A model generated the notes under the pieces. That model ran no database searches. It was not told the DNA's origin and worked only from the letters and a program-made list of their open reading frames with translations. A DNA stretch of 64,000 bases from an uncultured Acidimicrobiales bacterium (lineage in GTDB: Bacteria; Actinomycetota; Acidimicrobiia; Acidimicrobiales; CALAML01), in the NCBI GenBank assembly GCA_937925845.1, contig CALAML010000040.1, forward strand, positions 1,463 through 65,462, written 5' to 3'. A program made the position numbers and the translations under genes. Position 1 is the stretch's first letter, and each line of letters opens with the position of its first letter. Shown in pieces: positions 36,855 to 45,964 of this stretch.

Positions 36855-37763
36855 GTGCCCCTGTCCGCGTCCACCCCCGACCTGGCCGCGCTCGACCTCT
36901 TCCTCTCCGTGGTGCGACTTGGGAGCGTTTCGAAAGCGGCTGAGGCTCACTTCATCACCCAACCGAGTGCCAGCAGCCGTATCCGTAACCTTGAAGCCCG
37001 CCTCGGCCTGGTGCTTCTGGAACGATCACCGGGTGGTTCGGTACCCACCACCGAAGGAAGCCTGGTGGCGGGCTGGGCCGAAGCAGTCATCGGCGCAGCC
37101 GAGACGCTCGCGGCCGGGGTCGACGCCCTGCAAGCCCGCAAGACCGGTCTGCTGCGGCTGGCGGCCAGCTTCACCATCGCCGAATACCTCCTACCTGGAT
37201 GGCTCGAAGGGTTCCTGCGGTCTCGACCCGACGACTCGCTGGAGCTCGATGTAACCAACAGCACTGAAGTGGTGGCTCGGCTGGAGGCCGGCACCGCGGA
37301 TCTGGGGTTTGTGGAAACGCCCCTGGAGATTCCGGGCATGTCGAGCACCACGGTGGCCACCGACCAGCTTGTGGTGGTGGTGGGCCCGGGCCATCCATGG
37401 GCCGGGCGTGAGCGGGTGCCGATCGAAGCGTTGGCCACCACCCCGCTGGTGGTAAGGGAGAAAGGGTCGGGAACGCGCGAAGCATTCGACGCCGCGCTTC
37501 GACAGGCTGAACTCGGAGATGCCATGACCGCGATAGAACTCGGTTCCACCTCCGCGGTTCGTGCCCTCGTGGCCACCGGAGGTTCGCCCTCGGTCATGAG
37601 CCTGCTAGCGGTGGCCGACGACCTTCGCAACGGGTCGCTGATAGCGATCGAGGTCGAAGGGCTGCACATCAAACGCGAGCTCCGAGCGGTATGGCCCGAA
37701 ACGGTTGAGTTGGCGCCGTTGGCCCGAACCCTGCTGGCTCACATCGCTAGAGTCTCAGCCTGA
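36855..37763 (+). CDS. LysR family regulator (YeiE/CysL-like)
   Basis: GSVSKAA..ITQPSAS..IRNLE HTH; ASFTIAEYLLP, NSTEV, REKGSGTR. GTG start 6 nt after TATGCT. Confidence 0.92.
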   Translation: MPLSASTPDLAALDLFLSVVRLGSVSKAAEAHFITQPSASSRIRNLEARLGLVLLERSPGGSVPTTEGSLVAGWAEAVIGAAETLAAGVDALQARKTGLLRLAASFTIAEYLLPGWLEGFLRSRPDDSLELDVTNSTEVVARLEAGTADLGFVETPLEIPGMSSTTVATDQLVVVVGPGHPWAGRERVPIEALATTPLVVREKGSGTREAFDAALRQAELGDAMTAIELGSTSAVRALVATGGSPSVMSLLAVADDLRNGSLIAIEVEGLHIKRELRAVWPETVELAPLARTLLAHIARVSA

Positions 37764-37888
37764 CAGACCGTTGGTTGGGCTCGGTGGTTTGTGGCCACGG
37801 CCTGATCTGTTGCTGCATGGCTTTCGATAGGGAAAATCCTGGTTCGAGGGCAGCAGCTTGGTAGATCGACGCCAGTATGCTCGCGCCC

Positions 37889-38932
37889 ATGACCGCAAAC
37901 CCATCTACGCCCCGCCTGACCCAGTTCAGTCACGGCGCGGGCTGAGGATGCAAGCTCCCTCCGGGGGAGCTGGCGCACGTGGTGCGCCAATTGACGCCAA
38001 ACCAAAGTGAGAAGCTCCTGGTCGGAACCGAGACCGGGGATGACGCCGCGGTCTGGAAGCTGAGCGATGACCGGGCGCTGGTGTCCACTGCTGACTTCAT
38101 AACACCGGTGGTCGACGACGCCCGGGCCTGGGGTCGGGTGGCGGCGGCCAACAGTGTGTCGGACATTTACGCCATGGGTGGGACCCCGCTGTTCGCATTA
38201 AACCTGGTGGGTTGGAACACCGACGCTCTTTCCACCGACATGCTCAGCGAGGTGCTCGCTGGCGGCGACGACATCGCCCAGGCTGGAGGCTTCGTGGTGG
38301 TCGGTGGACACACCATCGACGATCCCGAACCGAAATACGGCATGGCCGTGACGGGAGAGGTTCATCCGGACCGCATGATGACCAACGCTGGGCTCAAACC
38401 GGGTCAGGCACTGGTGATCACCAAACCACTTGGTGTTGGCATCATCACCACCGCCATCAAGAACGACCAGGCGTCGGCCGAAGTGGCCGCCGGGGCCATC
38501 GAATCGATGTGTCGGCTCAACGACAAGGGTTCGGCGGCGGCGGTCGCGGCTGGTGCCACCGGCTGTACCGACGTGACCGGGTTCGGCCTGTTGGGTCATC
38601 TCGGCCGGATGTGTCTCGAGTCAGGAGTCAGCGCCACCCTTGACGTTGAGGCGATGCCGTTCCTGCCGGGCTCCCGCGAGCTGGCCGAAGCCGGGATGAT
38701 TCCCGGCGGTACCCGGCGAAACTGGAGCTGGATCAAGGAACAGGTCGACGCAGGGAGTCACGACGAGCTGACCACACTGTTGTTTGCCGACGCCCAAACC
38801 TCAGGCGGGCTGGTGCTCGGGGTTGATCCCGGTGAAGCCGATCAGCTGGTAGCCGGGCTGATCAATGATGGTCACCACGCCGCAGTCGTCGGTTCGACCA
38901 CAGAAGGATCCGGCCAGATCACCCTCGACTGA
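37889..38932 (+). CDS. selD: Selenide, water dikinase, selenocysteine-containing (Sec19 from TGA 37943-37945)
   Basis: RLTQFSHGAG-U-GCKL in frame with track ORF 37979..38932; DDAAV, DFITPVVDD, GGHTIDD, TDVTGFGLLGH, DAQTSGGL. Confidence 0.95.
37954..37970 (+). promoter_or_regulatory. Putative SECIS element of selD
   Basis: Stem GCTCCC/GGGAGC with loop TCCGG, starting 9 nt after the UGA. Confidence 0.6.
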
Positions 38933-39023
38933 TCTGACGGCTCCGATCCAACTGGGAGCCGGTCGCAAAGCGGTAGGCGAGTCCCGCCGTTTCGGATCGA
39001 TGGTCAACACTGAACCGGTACGG

Positions 39024-39527
39024 TCAGGCGCTGGTACGGGCGGTCCAGCCCCGCACGGCGGGAGCGGCGGCCACGAGGGTAGCGCTCAGCAGGCCGGCGA
39101 TCGGTCCGGCCGAAGTTCGGTCGATGGTGATGCCGACCCCGACGAAGAGTGCGGGTATCACCATGGCGAGCAAGCCGATGGCGAGGTGAAGGCGCAGCAC
39201 CCGCAGGTCGAGCTTCACAAACAGCAGTAGCCATGACACCACGGCGAGCAGCGGCACCAAGTACCAGGAGAAGATGACCCACACCGGAGGGGCCTGGGAG
39301 AAGGTCCGAGCAAGGGCCGTACCGGTGCTGACCATGCCGAACCCACTGAATCGCTCCGAGCCGAGGTCGAGCCAGGTCATCGAACCCGACGCCAACAAGC
39401 CGACCGATCCCAACAACGCCATTGCTTCGGCCACGCCAGGCCGGGCTGGCTTATCGTGGCGGTTCGAGGCGGGGTCCACAGGCTGCGACACTACCTTGTC
39501 GACTCGCTCGTCTACTTGATCAAGCAT
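39024..39527 (-). CDS. Hypothetical membrane protein (about 4 TM)
   Basis: Hydrophobic segments; co-directional with the upstream 766-aa gene. Confidence 0.6.
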   Translation of the reverse strand: MLDQVDERVDKVVSQPVDPASNRHDKPARPGVAEAMALLGSVGLLASGSMTWLDLGSERFSGFGMVSTGTALARTFSQAPPVWVIFSWYLVPLLAVVSWLLLFVKLDLRVLRLHLAIGLLAMVIPALFVGVGITIDRTSAGPIAGLLSATLVAAAPAVRGWTARTSA

Positions 39528-39613
39528 CGGTTCCGCTCTCCAAGCCGGTTTGGACTTCAGCGATGGCCGCCCCCGGTTTCACCGGAAGCGGCCATCTTTG
39601 CCAAGCCGGTTGG

Positions 39614-41914
39614 CTACTCGACCTCAAGCAGTTGTTCGGCGCCGTTGGTGAAGATCACGGCCCACTCTTCCATGGTGGCGATGGGCGAGACGTAGTGGCC
39701 GCCTCCACTCTCCTGAGTGACCACGGTGACGAAGCCCGGCAGATCGAGGTCTTCGAAGGTGAGTTCGCCGTCGACCATGAGGGAGTCCCCATCGCACTCT
39801 TCGCGGATCACTTCGGAGAGGCGGCATCGGCCGCCCTGCTCACGGAGGTCGTCGATCGCTGCATCAAATTCGGCCTCGGCACACTCCTCGGCGGTCCAGT
39901 CATCGGCGTCAACAAAGCCGTCCTGGAAGGTGACGGTGGTTCGTGAGCGACCACAGGTGCCTTCCCGAAGCTCGAACTCGACCGTTACCGTGTCGCCGAA
40001 GTCATCGAGCCAGCTGAACTCACCCTCGCCCTCGACCATCGTCACCCGGGTTCCGCCGGTGATGGCGCTGGTCTCCACCAGTTCGAGGTTTTCGAAACGG
40101 CCGTCGAGACGATCGTCAAAGTCGCCCAGGCTGTCGCGGATGTCGGACTCGAAGGCCACAAAGTAGTCGTGGACCACCGGGAACTCGTCCGGGTTCAGGG
40201 TGGCGAGGATTTCCTCAACGTCACCGTCAGCGCTGGCATCGAGGAATGCTTCGAAGGCCTCCGAAGCGCTATCGGAGCCGCCCGACGCGTTCTCACGGGA
40301 GGCGGTGAAGTCGGCCGGACCGGCGCCGAGCGCCTCCCGGGCGTATTCCGCCATGGTGTACATCGGGCTCACATACCAGCGCCCACCCTCTCGAATCGAC
40401 ATGAAATAGACACCGGTGATGCCGTCGCCGTCCATGTTGAAGTCGTCTGAGTTGAAATCGTCAGCGCAGTCGTTGCCCGAATCAGACGCGGCCTCGGGAC
40501 CAGTAATGGTGAACTCCCAGTCGAGGCAGAGGTCGGAGTCGAGGGTGGCTCGGGCAAACACGGTGGTCTCACGAACCTCCGCGGCCTCTGCCGGATCGTC
40601 AACAAAATCTTCGATCAGGTCGTCGCTCAGATCAGCACCGTCGAATTCGAAGGTCATGGTGCCGCCCCGGATGTAGACCTTGGCCACATCGGGATGCAGC
40701 ATCTCCACCTCAGAGTCGTACTCAAGCTCCACGTTGTAGGCGTTGGTGAACTCTTCGAGAGCATCAAAGGGGTTGCCCTCAAAGCTGTCGTTGTTGTTCA
40801 TGCTGTCCTCGATGGCACCGGCAACGGTTTCTTCGCGGAACAGCTGAGCAATATCGCTATTCCAAGCGTCGTCGAAGTAGGCGACCTCGCTCGGCGGCAG
40901 CAGCGATGCTGAGCCCAGGATCTGACCATTGAGGAAGGACTCGGAAAGGTCGTCGACCGCAGCCTCTGGCGAGGCGGCGCCACCGCCATCGCCGCGAAGT
41001 GCCCGAAAGCCAAGCAGGCCAACAACGCCGAGGGCGATAACGCCGAGCAACAGGCCGGCACCGGCGATGGCCTTCCCACGGCCCTTCTTTTCCGGAGTCG
41101 GCAGGGCCAAGGGAGAGTCGGGGGCCGGCGGTAGGCCGTGGGGGCCAACACCGGGCTGCTGTGGCGCACCAGGAACGCCCGGTTGGCCGGGCCCACCGGG
41201 CTGGCCAGGTTGACCGGGTTGACCGGGGACGTAACCAACCTGAGGGCCACCGGGTTGTCCGTATCCAGGCTGGGCACCGGGTTGGGCGCCGGCGAGCGGC
41301 GGACCCGAGGGCCAACCGGGGTTTGCGATATGGGCAGTGGCGCCTGGGTTGGGGGCACCGGCCTGGGGCTGACCGGGCAATGGTTGGTGGGGTGGCCGAG
41401 CATCAGCGGCCGGACCCCAACCGGATGGTGAACCTTGAGTTGGTGCTTGTGCATCTTGGACCGGTGCTGGTGGGGCCGGAGTTTGGCCGGCCGTTTGTGG
41501 AGCGCCGAAGTTCTGGGGGTGCGCCTGGCCCGGATCACCTGACGCCGGAAGGCCCCCGATTTGGGTGGGGGCTGCAGCCTCAGGCGACGTAAGCGGCACG
41601 CTAGGACTGGGTTCGCTAGGCGGAGTGGCCTGAGGCGGTGGAGTGGCATGGGCCGGCGGTACGGGCGGAGCGGCTTGGCTAAAGGTCTGGGTGGCTTGCG
41701 CCGGTGGGACCACATCACCCGGTGCTGGACTGTTCGGCGCATTCGGCGGCTCAGCGGCAGGACTGGCGAAGGGGCCAGGTGTGGATGTGGGTTCGTTCGG
41801 GACCGCCGGTCCGGAGCTCGGGTCCGCTGTGGCTGCGGCCGGCTGATGCCCGCATCGAGAGCAAGCCTGCTGAGCGTCATCGAGACGCAGACCACATGAA
41901 TCACAAAATCCCAT
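39614..41914 (-). CDS. Bitopic membrane protein: N-terminal Zn ribbon, Pro/Gln/Gly-rich region, TM, acidic extracellular domain
   Basis: CDSC..CSRC; PGQP repeats; KKGRGK followed by TM; GGAASPEAAV and GGSDSASEAF paired subdomains ending in WYVSP/HYVSP; GAGGAG SD. Confidence 0.75.
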   Translation of the reverse strand: MGFCDSCGLRLDDAQQACSRCGHQPAAATADPSSGPAVPNEPTSTPGPFASPAAEPPNAPNSPAPGDVVPPAQATQTFSQAAPPVPPAHATPPPQATPPSEPSPSVPLTSPEAAAPTQIGGLPASGDPGQAHPQNFGAPQTAGQTPAPPAPVQDAQAPTQGSPSGWGPAADARPPHQPLPGQPQAGAPNPGATAHIANPGWPSGPPLAGAQPGAQPGYGQPGGPQVGYVPGQPGQPGQPGGPGQPGVPGAPQQPGVGPHGLPPAPDSPLALPTPEKKGRGKAIAGAGLLLGVIALGVVGLLGFRALRGDGGGAASPEAAVDDLSESFLNGQILGSASLLPPSEVAYFDDAWNSDIAQLFREETVAGAIEDSMNNNDSFEGNPFDALEEFTNAYNVELEYDSEVEMLHPDVAKVYIRGGTMTFEFDGADLSDDLIEDFVDDPAEAAEVRETTVFARATLDSDLCLDWEFTITGPEAASDSGNDCADDFNSDDFNMDGDGITGVYFMSIREGGRWYVSPMYTMAEYAREALGAGPADFTASRENASGGSDSASEAFEAFLDASADGDVEEILATLNPDEFPVVHDYFVAFESDIRDSLGDFDDRLDGRFENLELVETSAITGGTRVTMVEGEGEFSWLDDFGDTVTVEFELREGTCGRSRTTVTFQDGFVDADDWTAEECAEAEFDAAIDDLREQGGRCRLSEVIREECDGDSLMVDGELTFEDLDLPGFVTVVTQESGGGHYVSPIATMEEWAVIFTNGAEQLLEVE

Positions 41915-42120
41915 TACACGAGCTCCTCATAGTACCGCCCCTTGTCTGGGCGGCTTTTTGGCAGGTTGAGTCTCTTGCCTCTTGTTCTCAACGATACGAA
42001 ACGACGTTCGCTTGAGAAATGGGGAGGCATCCCCAATGTTCCCGCTGCCAAAAGTACAGCCAAGCGGCCAAAAACGCCGGTCGGCTTGAATCCGCTTCAG
42101 AAGAAAACGGGGCTTGATCG

Positions 42121-42146
42121 CTCACGGGCGCGCTCTTTCGGCCGAC
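42121..42146 (+). promoter_or_regulatory. Putative sigma28 (FliA/WhiG)-type promoter
   Basis: CTCA-N16-GCCGAC, identical geometry to the site at 33935. Confidence 0.45.
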
Positions 42147-42218
42147 GCCATGCCGCACATCTATGCACGGGAAGTGCCACGAAGGGAACGTCCAGTGACT
42201 GCAAGAGCAACAACAGAA

Positions 42219-44072
42219 ATGGCAATGAGAAGAAGTTCGAAGGGGGTGACCACAACCGGGCCGAGGGAGGTTTTTGAGCCGTTGGCTCCGGGCCTGACCA
42301 AAGTTGTGCTGTTTGTGCTTCTTTGCGGAAGCTTGGCCGCGGCCTTGCTCTCCGACCAGATCCTCCCAGGTGACAGCCTTCAAAAAGGGGTCGTGGTGGA
42401 CTTCGGCCCATCGCTTCTTTTGGATCGCGACGGCGCCGACACCTCAGAGGCGGTACCGGTGGAGGTCGCCGACGGCCTCTATGTGATCCGCTTGTTTAGC
42501 AGCGATGACTCTCACCCGACCAGCTATGTGTCCTCCCAGGAGAACGAGCAATGGCTTTTGGAAGGGCTGAACGCGTACGGCGACGTTGTGTTCAGCACGA
42601 GTCCGTCGCAGGATCTGTGGGACTCACAAACCGAACGCACCGACGACGTTGGTACCTATCAAGTGGCGGGCGTTACCAGCATCCGCGCCCGTCATGCCCG
42701 GCTCGGCCACTCGATCGATTCGATCAGCGCGGTGAAGGCTGAGCTGATTCAGATCCCGGTCGACGAGACTTCGCCGGTGGTCGACTTCGGTGACGCTTTG
42801 CTGTTGAACCTTGACGGAGCGGACGTTTCCGACGTCGTGCCTCTGCCCCTCCCGGATGGTCGGTACGGAGTTCGCCTGTTCAGCCGCGACGACAGCCACC
42901 CGACAAGCTACGTGTCATCACAAGAGAATGAGCAATGGCTCCTCGAGGGACTGGACGACTACGGCAACGTGGTCTTTACCACCACTCCCACCAACGATCT
43001 TTGGGATGCGGCAACCGAACGTGAAGACGATGTGGGTGAGTACGAGTTCTCCGGAGTGGTGGGGTTGCGAGCCCGTCACGCCCGCCTCGGTCACTCGATC
43101 GATTCCATCAGCGCCACGTTTGTGGTGCTGACACCGCTGGAGATGAAGCCTCCGCCACCGGTCAAACCGGGACCGACGAAGATAAAGCCGCTCACAAAGA
43201 ACGACATGGATGCTGCTTGCTTCGCTGAGTACGGATTGGGCCACAACGCTGTCAGAGTCGGCAAAGACGGTAAGAACGTCAACGGCGGCAAGGACGGCAA
43301 AGATGTCAGGGGCGGCAAGGACGTCAAGGGTGGCAAAGACGTCAAGGGTGGCAAAGACGTCAGGGACGTCAAGGATGTCAAGGGGGGCAAGGACGTCAAA
43401 GGCGGCAAAGATGAAAAAGGCCACGTCAGTGTTCTCGGCATCCAGGGTCCTGAGAGGCCAAACCAATGGTTCTGTGAAACCGACTTTGGTCGCCTCGACT
43501 TCGAAGGGCACTGCGCCGGACTCAAGGCCGTAGCGGTCCGCGTCCCCAATGGCGGGGACACCCTCGACGACTGGAAATGCCGGTTTGAGGTATCCCCCAA
43601 GAAAGAGACCAGCGCTGAGCCAGTCAACTTCAGGCAAGCCTGTCGGGAACAGCACGGTCGTCAGGCGCAAGCGGTCAACGAAGACCGTCGAGACGCTATG
43701 TCATGGGGTTGTCGGATCAACCAACGAGTCTTGCCAGTGGACGTCGATGCATACTGCGAGGCTCGAGGCTCGGCCCAGGTAAGCGTAAATCGGAACAACG
43801 CCCGGTCGTGGAAGTGTCTCTTCGGCGACACCGAGCCGATCTACCGGTTCGATGGTGTCGACGTTGATGCCGCTTGCCAAGAGCAGTACAACGGTGCCAC
43901 GCACGCAACAAACCGAAACCAGCAGTGGGATGGCTGGCGGTGCAAGCGAATCGACGATCCAGTCAACGTCGGCCAATACTGCTCGGACCTGGGCGGCGAG
44001 GCCCGTCAAACGCCGAGAAGTCGATCGGGATGGTCCTGTGCCTTCACCGGGCCAGACCAGTCAACTGATTGA
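42219..44072 (+). CDS. Exported or membrane-anchored modular repeat protein (2x128-aa domains, GKD repeat, 6 Cys-pair repeats)
   Basis: TM VVLFVLLCGSLAAALL; 384-nt internal duplication; C...WxC repeats. Start uncertain (42114-42225). Confidence 0.75.
   Translation: MAMRRSSKGVTTTGPREVFEPLAPGLTKVVLFVLLCGSLAAALLSDQILPGDSLQKGVVVDFGPSLLLDRDGADTSEAVPVEVADGLYVIRLFSSDDSHPTSYVSSQENEQWLLEGLNAYGDVVFSTSPSQDLWDSQTERTDDVGTYQVAGVTSIRARHARLGHSIDSISAVKAELIQIPVDETSPVVDFGDALLLNLDGADVSDVVPLPLPDGRYGVRLFSRDDSHPTSYVSSQENEQWLLEGLDDYGNVVFTTTPTNDLWDAATEREDDVGEYEFSGVVGLRARHARLGHSIDSISATFVVLTPLEMKPPPPVKPGPTKIKPLTKNDMDAACFAEYGLGHNAVRVGKDGKNVNGGKDGKDVRGGKDVKGGKDVKGGKDVRDVKDVKGGKDVKGGKDEKGHVSVLGIQGPERPNQWFCETDFGRLDFEGHCAGLKAVAVRVPNGGDTLDDWKCRFEVSPKKETSAEPVNFRQACREQHGRQAQAVNEDRRDAMSWGCRINQRVLPVDVDAYCEARGSAQVSVNRNNARSWKCLFGDTEPIYRFDGVDVDAACQEQYNGATHATNRNQQWDGWRCKRIDDPVNVGQYCSDLGGEARQTPRSRSGWSCAFTGPDQSTD
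43260..43421 (+). repeat. Coding tandem repeat with 9/18-nt period (GKD/VKG tripeptides)
   Basis: 18 tripeptide units, mostly GGKDVK, with synonymous variation between units. Confidence 0.9.
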
Positions 44073-44188
44073 CTCGATGACTGTCGGTTGAGGGTGGACA
44101 GAACCGTCCAGGGCGGGACGGTTCTGCCCCACCCGCGGCTGGGCTCGGCGGGAAGTGGCGATTGTGGGAGCGGTACACTGGCTGGTTG

Positions 44189-45052
44189 ATGAGCGACTCC
44201 CCACAGCCAGCAGCCATCGGGCACTATGTCGATTTGTTGATGGCCAACCTCACTCGGTCGATCTTTCTCGGCGAGGAGTCACACGACGTCAATATCGCCG
44301 AGTGGGAGGGTTTGGCCGATCTTGAGATGGATGCCGAGCCTCTTCTGGATGTGCTGCGTCGGTCCGGGGTCCGTCTGACCCGCCTCGGCGGCGACTCTGA
44401 GCGCAGGCAGATGGGTCAGGACTTCCCGCCGGCGGCGGAAACGATGGTGGGTCAGAAGCGGTTGGCCGAGGTGCGCAACTGTGTGGAGACGGTCATCAAG
44501 GACGGCATTGAGGGAGACCTGATCGAAACCGGTGTGTGGCGGGGAGGCGTCACCATTTTGATGAAGGGCATCGTGGAGGCCTGGGCCGACCTCGATCCCT
44601 ACGGTGGCTCTCGCACCGTCTGGGTCGCAGACTCCTTTGACGGTCTGCCTGCGCCCAACATCGAGAGCTACCCGGCTGATGCTGGCTTGGACTTGTCGGA
44701 GATGGCGCTGCTCAAAGTCGACGTGGCGACGGTGAAGTCCAACTTCGCCCGCTACAACCTGCTCGACGACCGGGTTCGGTTTCTCGAAGGCTGGTTCTCC
44801 GACACGCTGCCTGACGCGCCGATCGACAAACTGGCGGTACTTCGCCTCGACGGCGATCTCTACGAGTCAACGATGGATGCACTGGTGGCCCTGGAGCCGA
44901 AAGTGTCCGATGGCGGCTTTGTAATCGTCGATGACTACGGCTCCTGGGAGGCGTGTCGGAAGGCCGTCGATGAGTATCGGGAAGCCAACAACATCACCGC
45001 TCCAATCGAGCAGGTCGACTGGACCGGAGTTCATTGGAGAACACAACGCTAA
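44189..45052 (+). CDS. TylF/MycF/NovP-family O-methyltransferase
   Basis: AETMVG..RL, GDLIETGVWRGG, WVADSFDGLP, GWFSDTLP, LRLDGDLYEST, IVDDY. Confidence 0.93.
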   Translation: MSDSPQPAAIGHYVDLLMANLTRSIFLGEESHDVNIAEWEGLADLEMDAEPLLDVLRRSGVRLTRLGGDSERRQMGQDFPPAAETMVGQKRLAEVRNCVETVIKDGIEGDLIETGVWRGGVTILMKGIVEAWADLDPYGGSRTVWVADSFDGLPAPNIESYPADAGLDLSEMALLKVDVATVKSNFARYNLLDDRVRFLEGWFSDTLPDAPIDKLAVLRLDGDLYESTMDALVALEPKVSDGGFVIVDDYGSWEACRKAVDEYREANNITAPIEQVDWTGVHWRTQR

Positions 45053-45114
45053 GCGGTTGCCCTGCTTGCCGGGTGTGCAAGCGGTACCGAGGGGCGGGAG
45101 GTGGTGTGATTTGA

Positions 45115-45147
45115 GGGGCTGTCGCCGGTTTGGTGGGCGACAGCCCC
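45115..45147. terminator. GC-rich hairpin between convergent genes
   Basis: GGGGCTGTCGCC-N9-GGCGACAGCCCC, 12-bp perfect stem. Confidence 0.6.
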
Positions 45148-45159
45148 GGTGTAGTTGGG

Positions 45160-45846
45160 TCAGGTCTGTTTGAGGGCGGCTTGTTGGTGGAGTTGGTGTT
45201 GGTGTTGTCGGGTTGGGGAGAGGCGGGCGAGTTGGCCTCGGGTGAGTGGGGGTAGGTGGGTTCGTACTTGGAGTTCGGTTGGGGAGAGTTGGCGGGCGAG
45301 GCCGAATTGGATGGCGCGCCGGATGGAGCGCATGAAGGGGGAGTGGTGTCCGCCTTTGCCGCCGAGTCCGAGGGCGGTGGCGCATTCGCTGAGGTCGATG
45401 GTGGTGCCCTCGGGGTGGGCTTCCAGGGTGCGGGCGAGGTAGCGCAGCAGGAGAGTGGTGCTTGGGCCGAGCACGCCTAGCCAGAACGCTTCGGCATACT
45501 CCGACCGAGCGTCATAGCCATGCTTGGCAATGACGGGGTCGTGCCAGGGGATCACCTGGAGTTGGGTTACCGGCTCCGGCTTCGCTGACGGGCTGTTGTT
45601 CGTGTCCGGTTCCGGCTTGGCTGCGGGCGAGGTCGTTGAGCCGGCGTAGCGATCGCGAAGTGAGGTGGCGATCGCCACCGACCCTGGGGCCGATGGTGGT
45701 GGCGGGATCGGTCGGGTCGAGCCGCTGGTGGTTGTGGCTGCGGTCGGCGGCGTTGGTATCGACCCCGATATCGACCTCGGTGTTGACGTCGATGTCGAAT
45801 GTGGCGAAGGTGATGGCGCGTGCGGCCGAGCGTTGTTGTCGGACAT
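45160..45846 (-). CDS. Hypothetical protein, possible winged-helix DNA-binding domain
   Basis: GGGAG SD; low-complexity N-terminus, then a globular region WHDPVI..EAFWLGVLGPSTTLLLR..IDL..A.ALGLG..SPF.RSI.R..QFGLAR. Confidence 0.7.
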   Translation of the reverse strand: MSDNNARPHAPSPSPHSTSTSTPRSISGSIPTPPTAATTTSGSTRPIPPPPSAPGSVAIATSLRDRYAGSTTSPAAKPEPDTNNSPSAKPEPVTQLQVIPWHDPVIAKHGYDARSEYAEAFWLGVLGPSTTLLLRYLARTLEAHPEGTTIDLSECATALGLGGKGGHHSPFMRSIRRAIQFGLARQLSPTELQVRTHLPPLTRGQLARLSPTRQHQHQLHQQAALKQT

Positions 45847-45964
45847 TGGATTGCTCCCGGTGAGGATTCTCAAAAAGGGGGAAGTGGGAGGAAAGGTGTT
45901 GCCCGCACAACATCAGCTGTTCTATATGTCTTTTTGTGGAGTTTCAAGTTCTCCACGGGGCTTG

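Noticed and set aside
43260-43421. Collagen-like domain
   Set aside because: Gly does not occupy every third position.
1170-45052. Glycan biosynthesis cluster (fcl, FkbM, TylF)
   Set aside because: The three genes are 10-30 kb apart with no glycosyltransferases or gmd; they are scattered singletons.
45910-45930. LexA/SOS box upstream of the winged-helix-like gene (GAAC-agct-GATG on the minus strand)
   Set aside because: Only one half-site matches GAAC-N4-GTTC.
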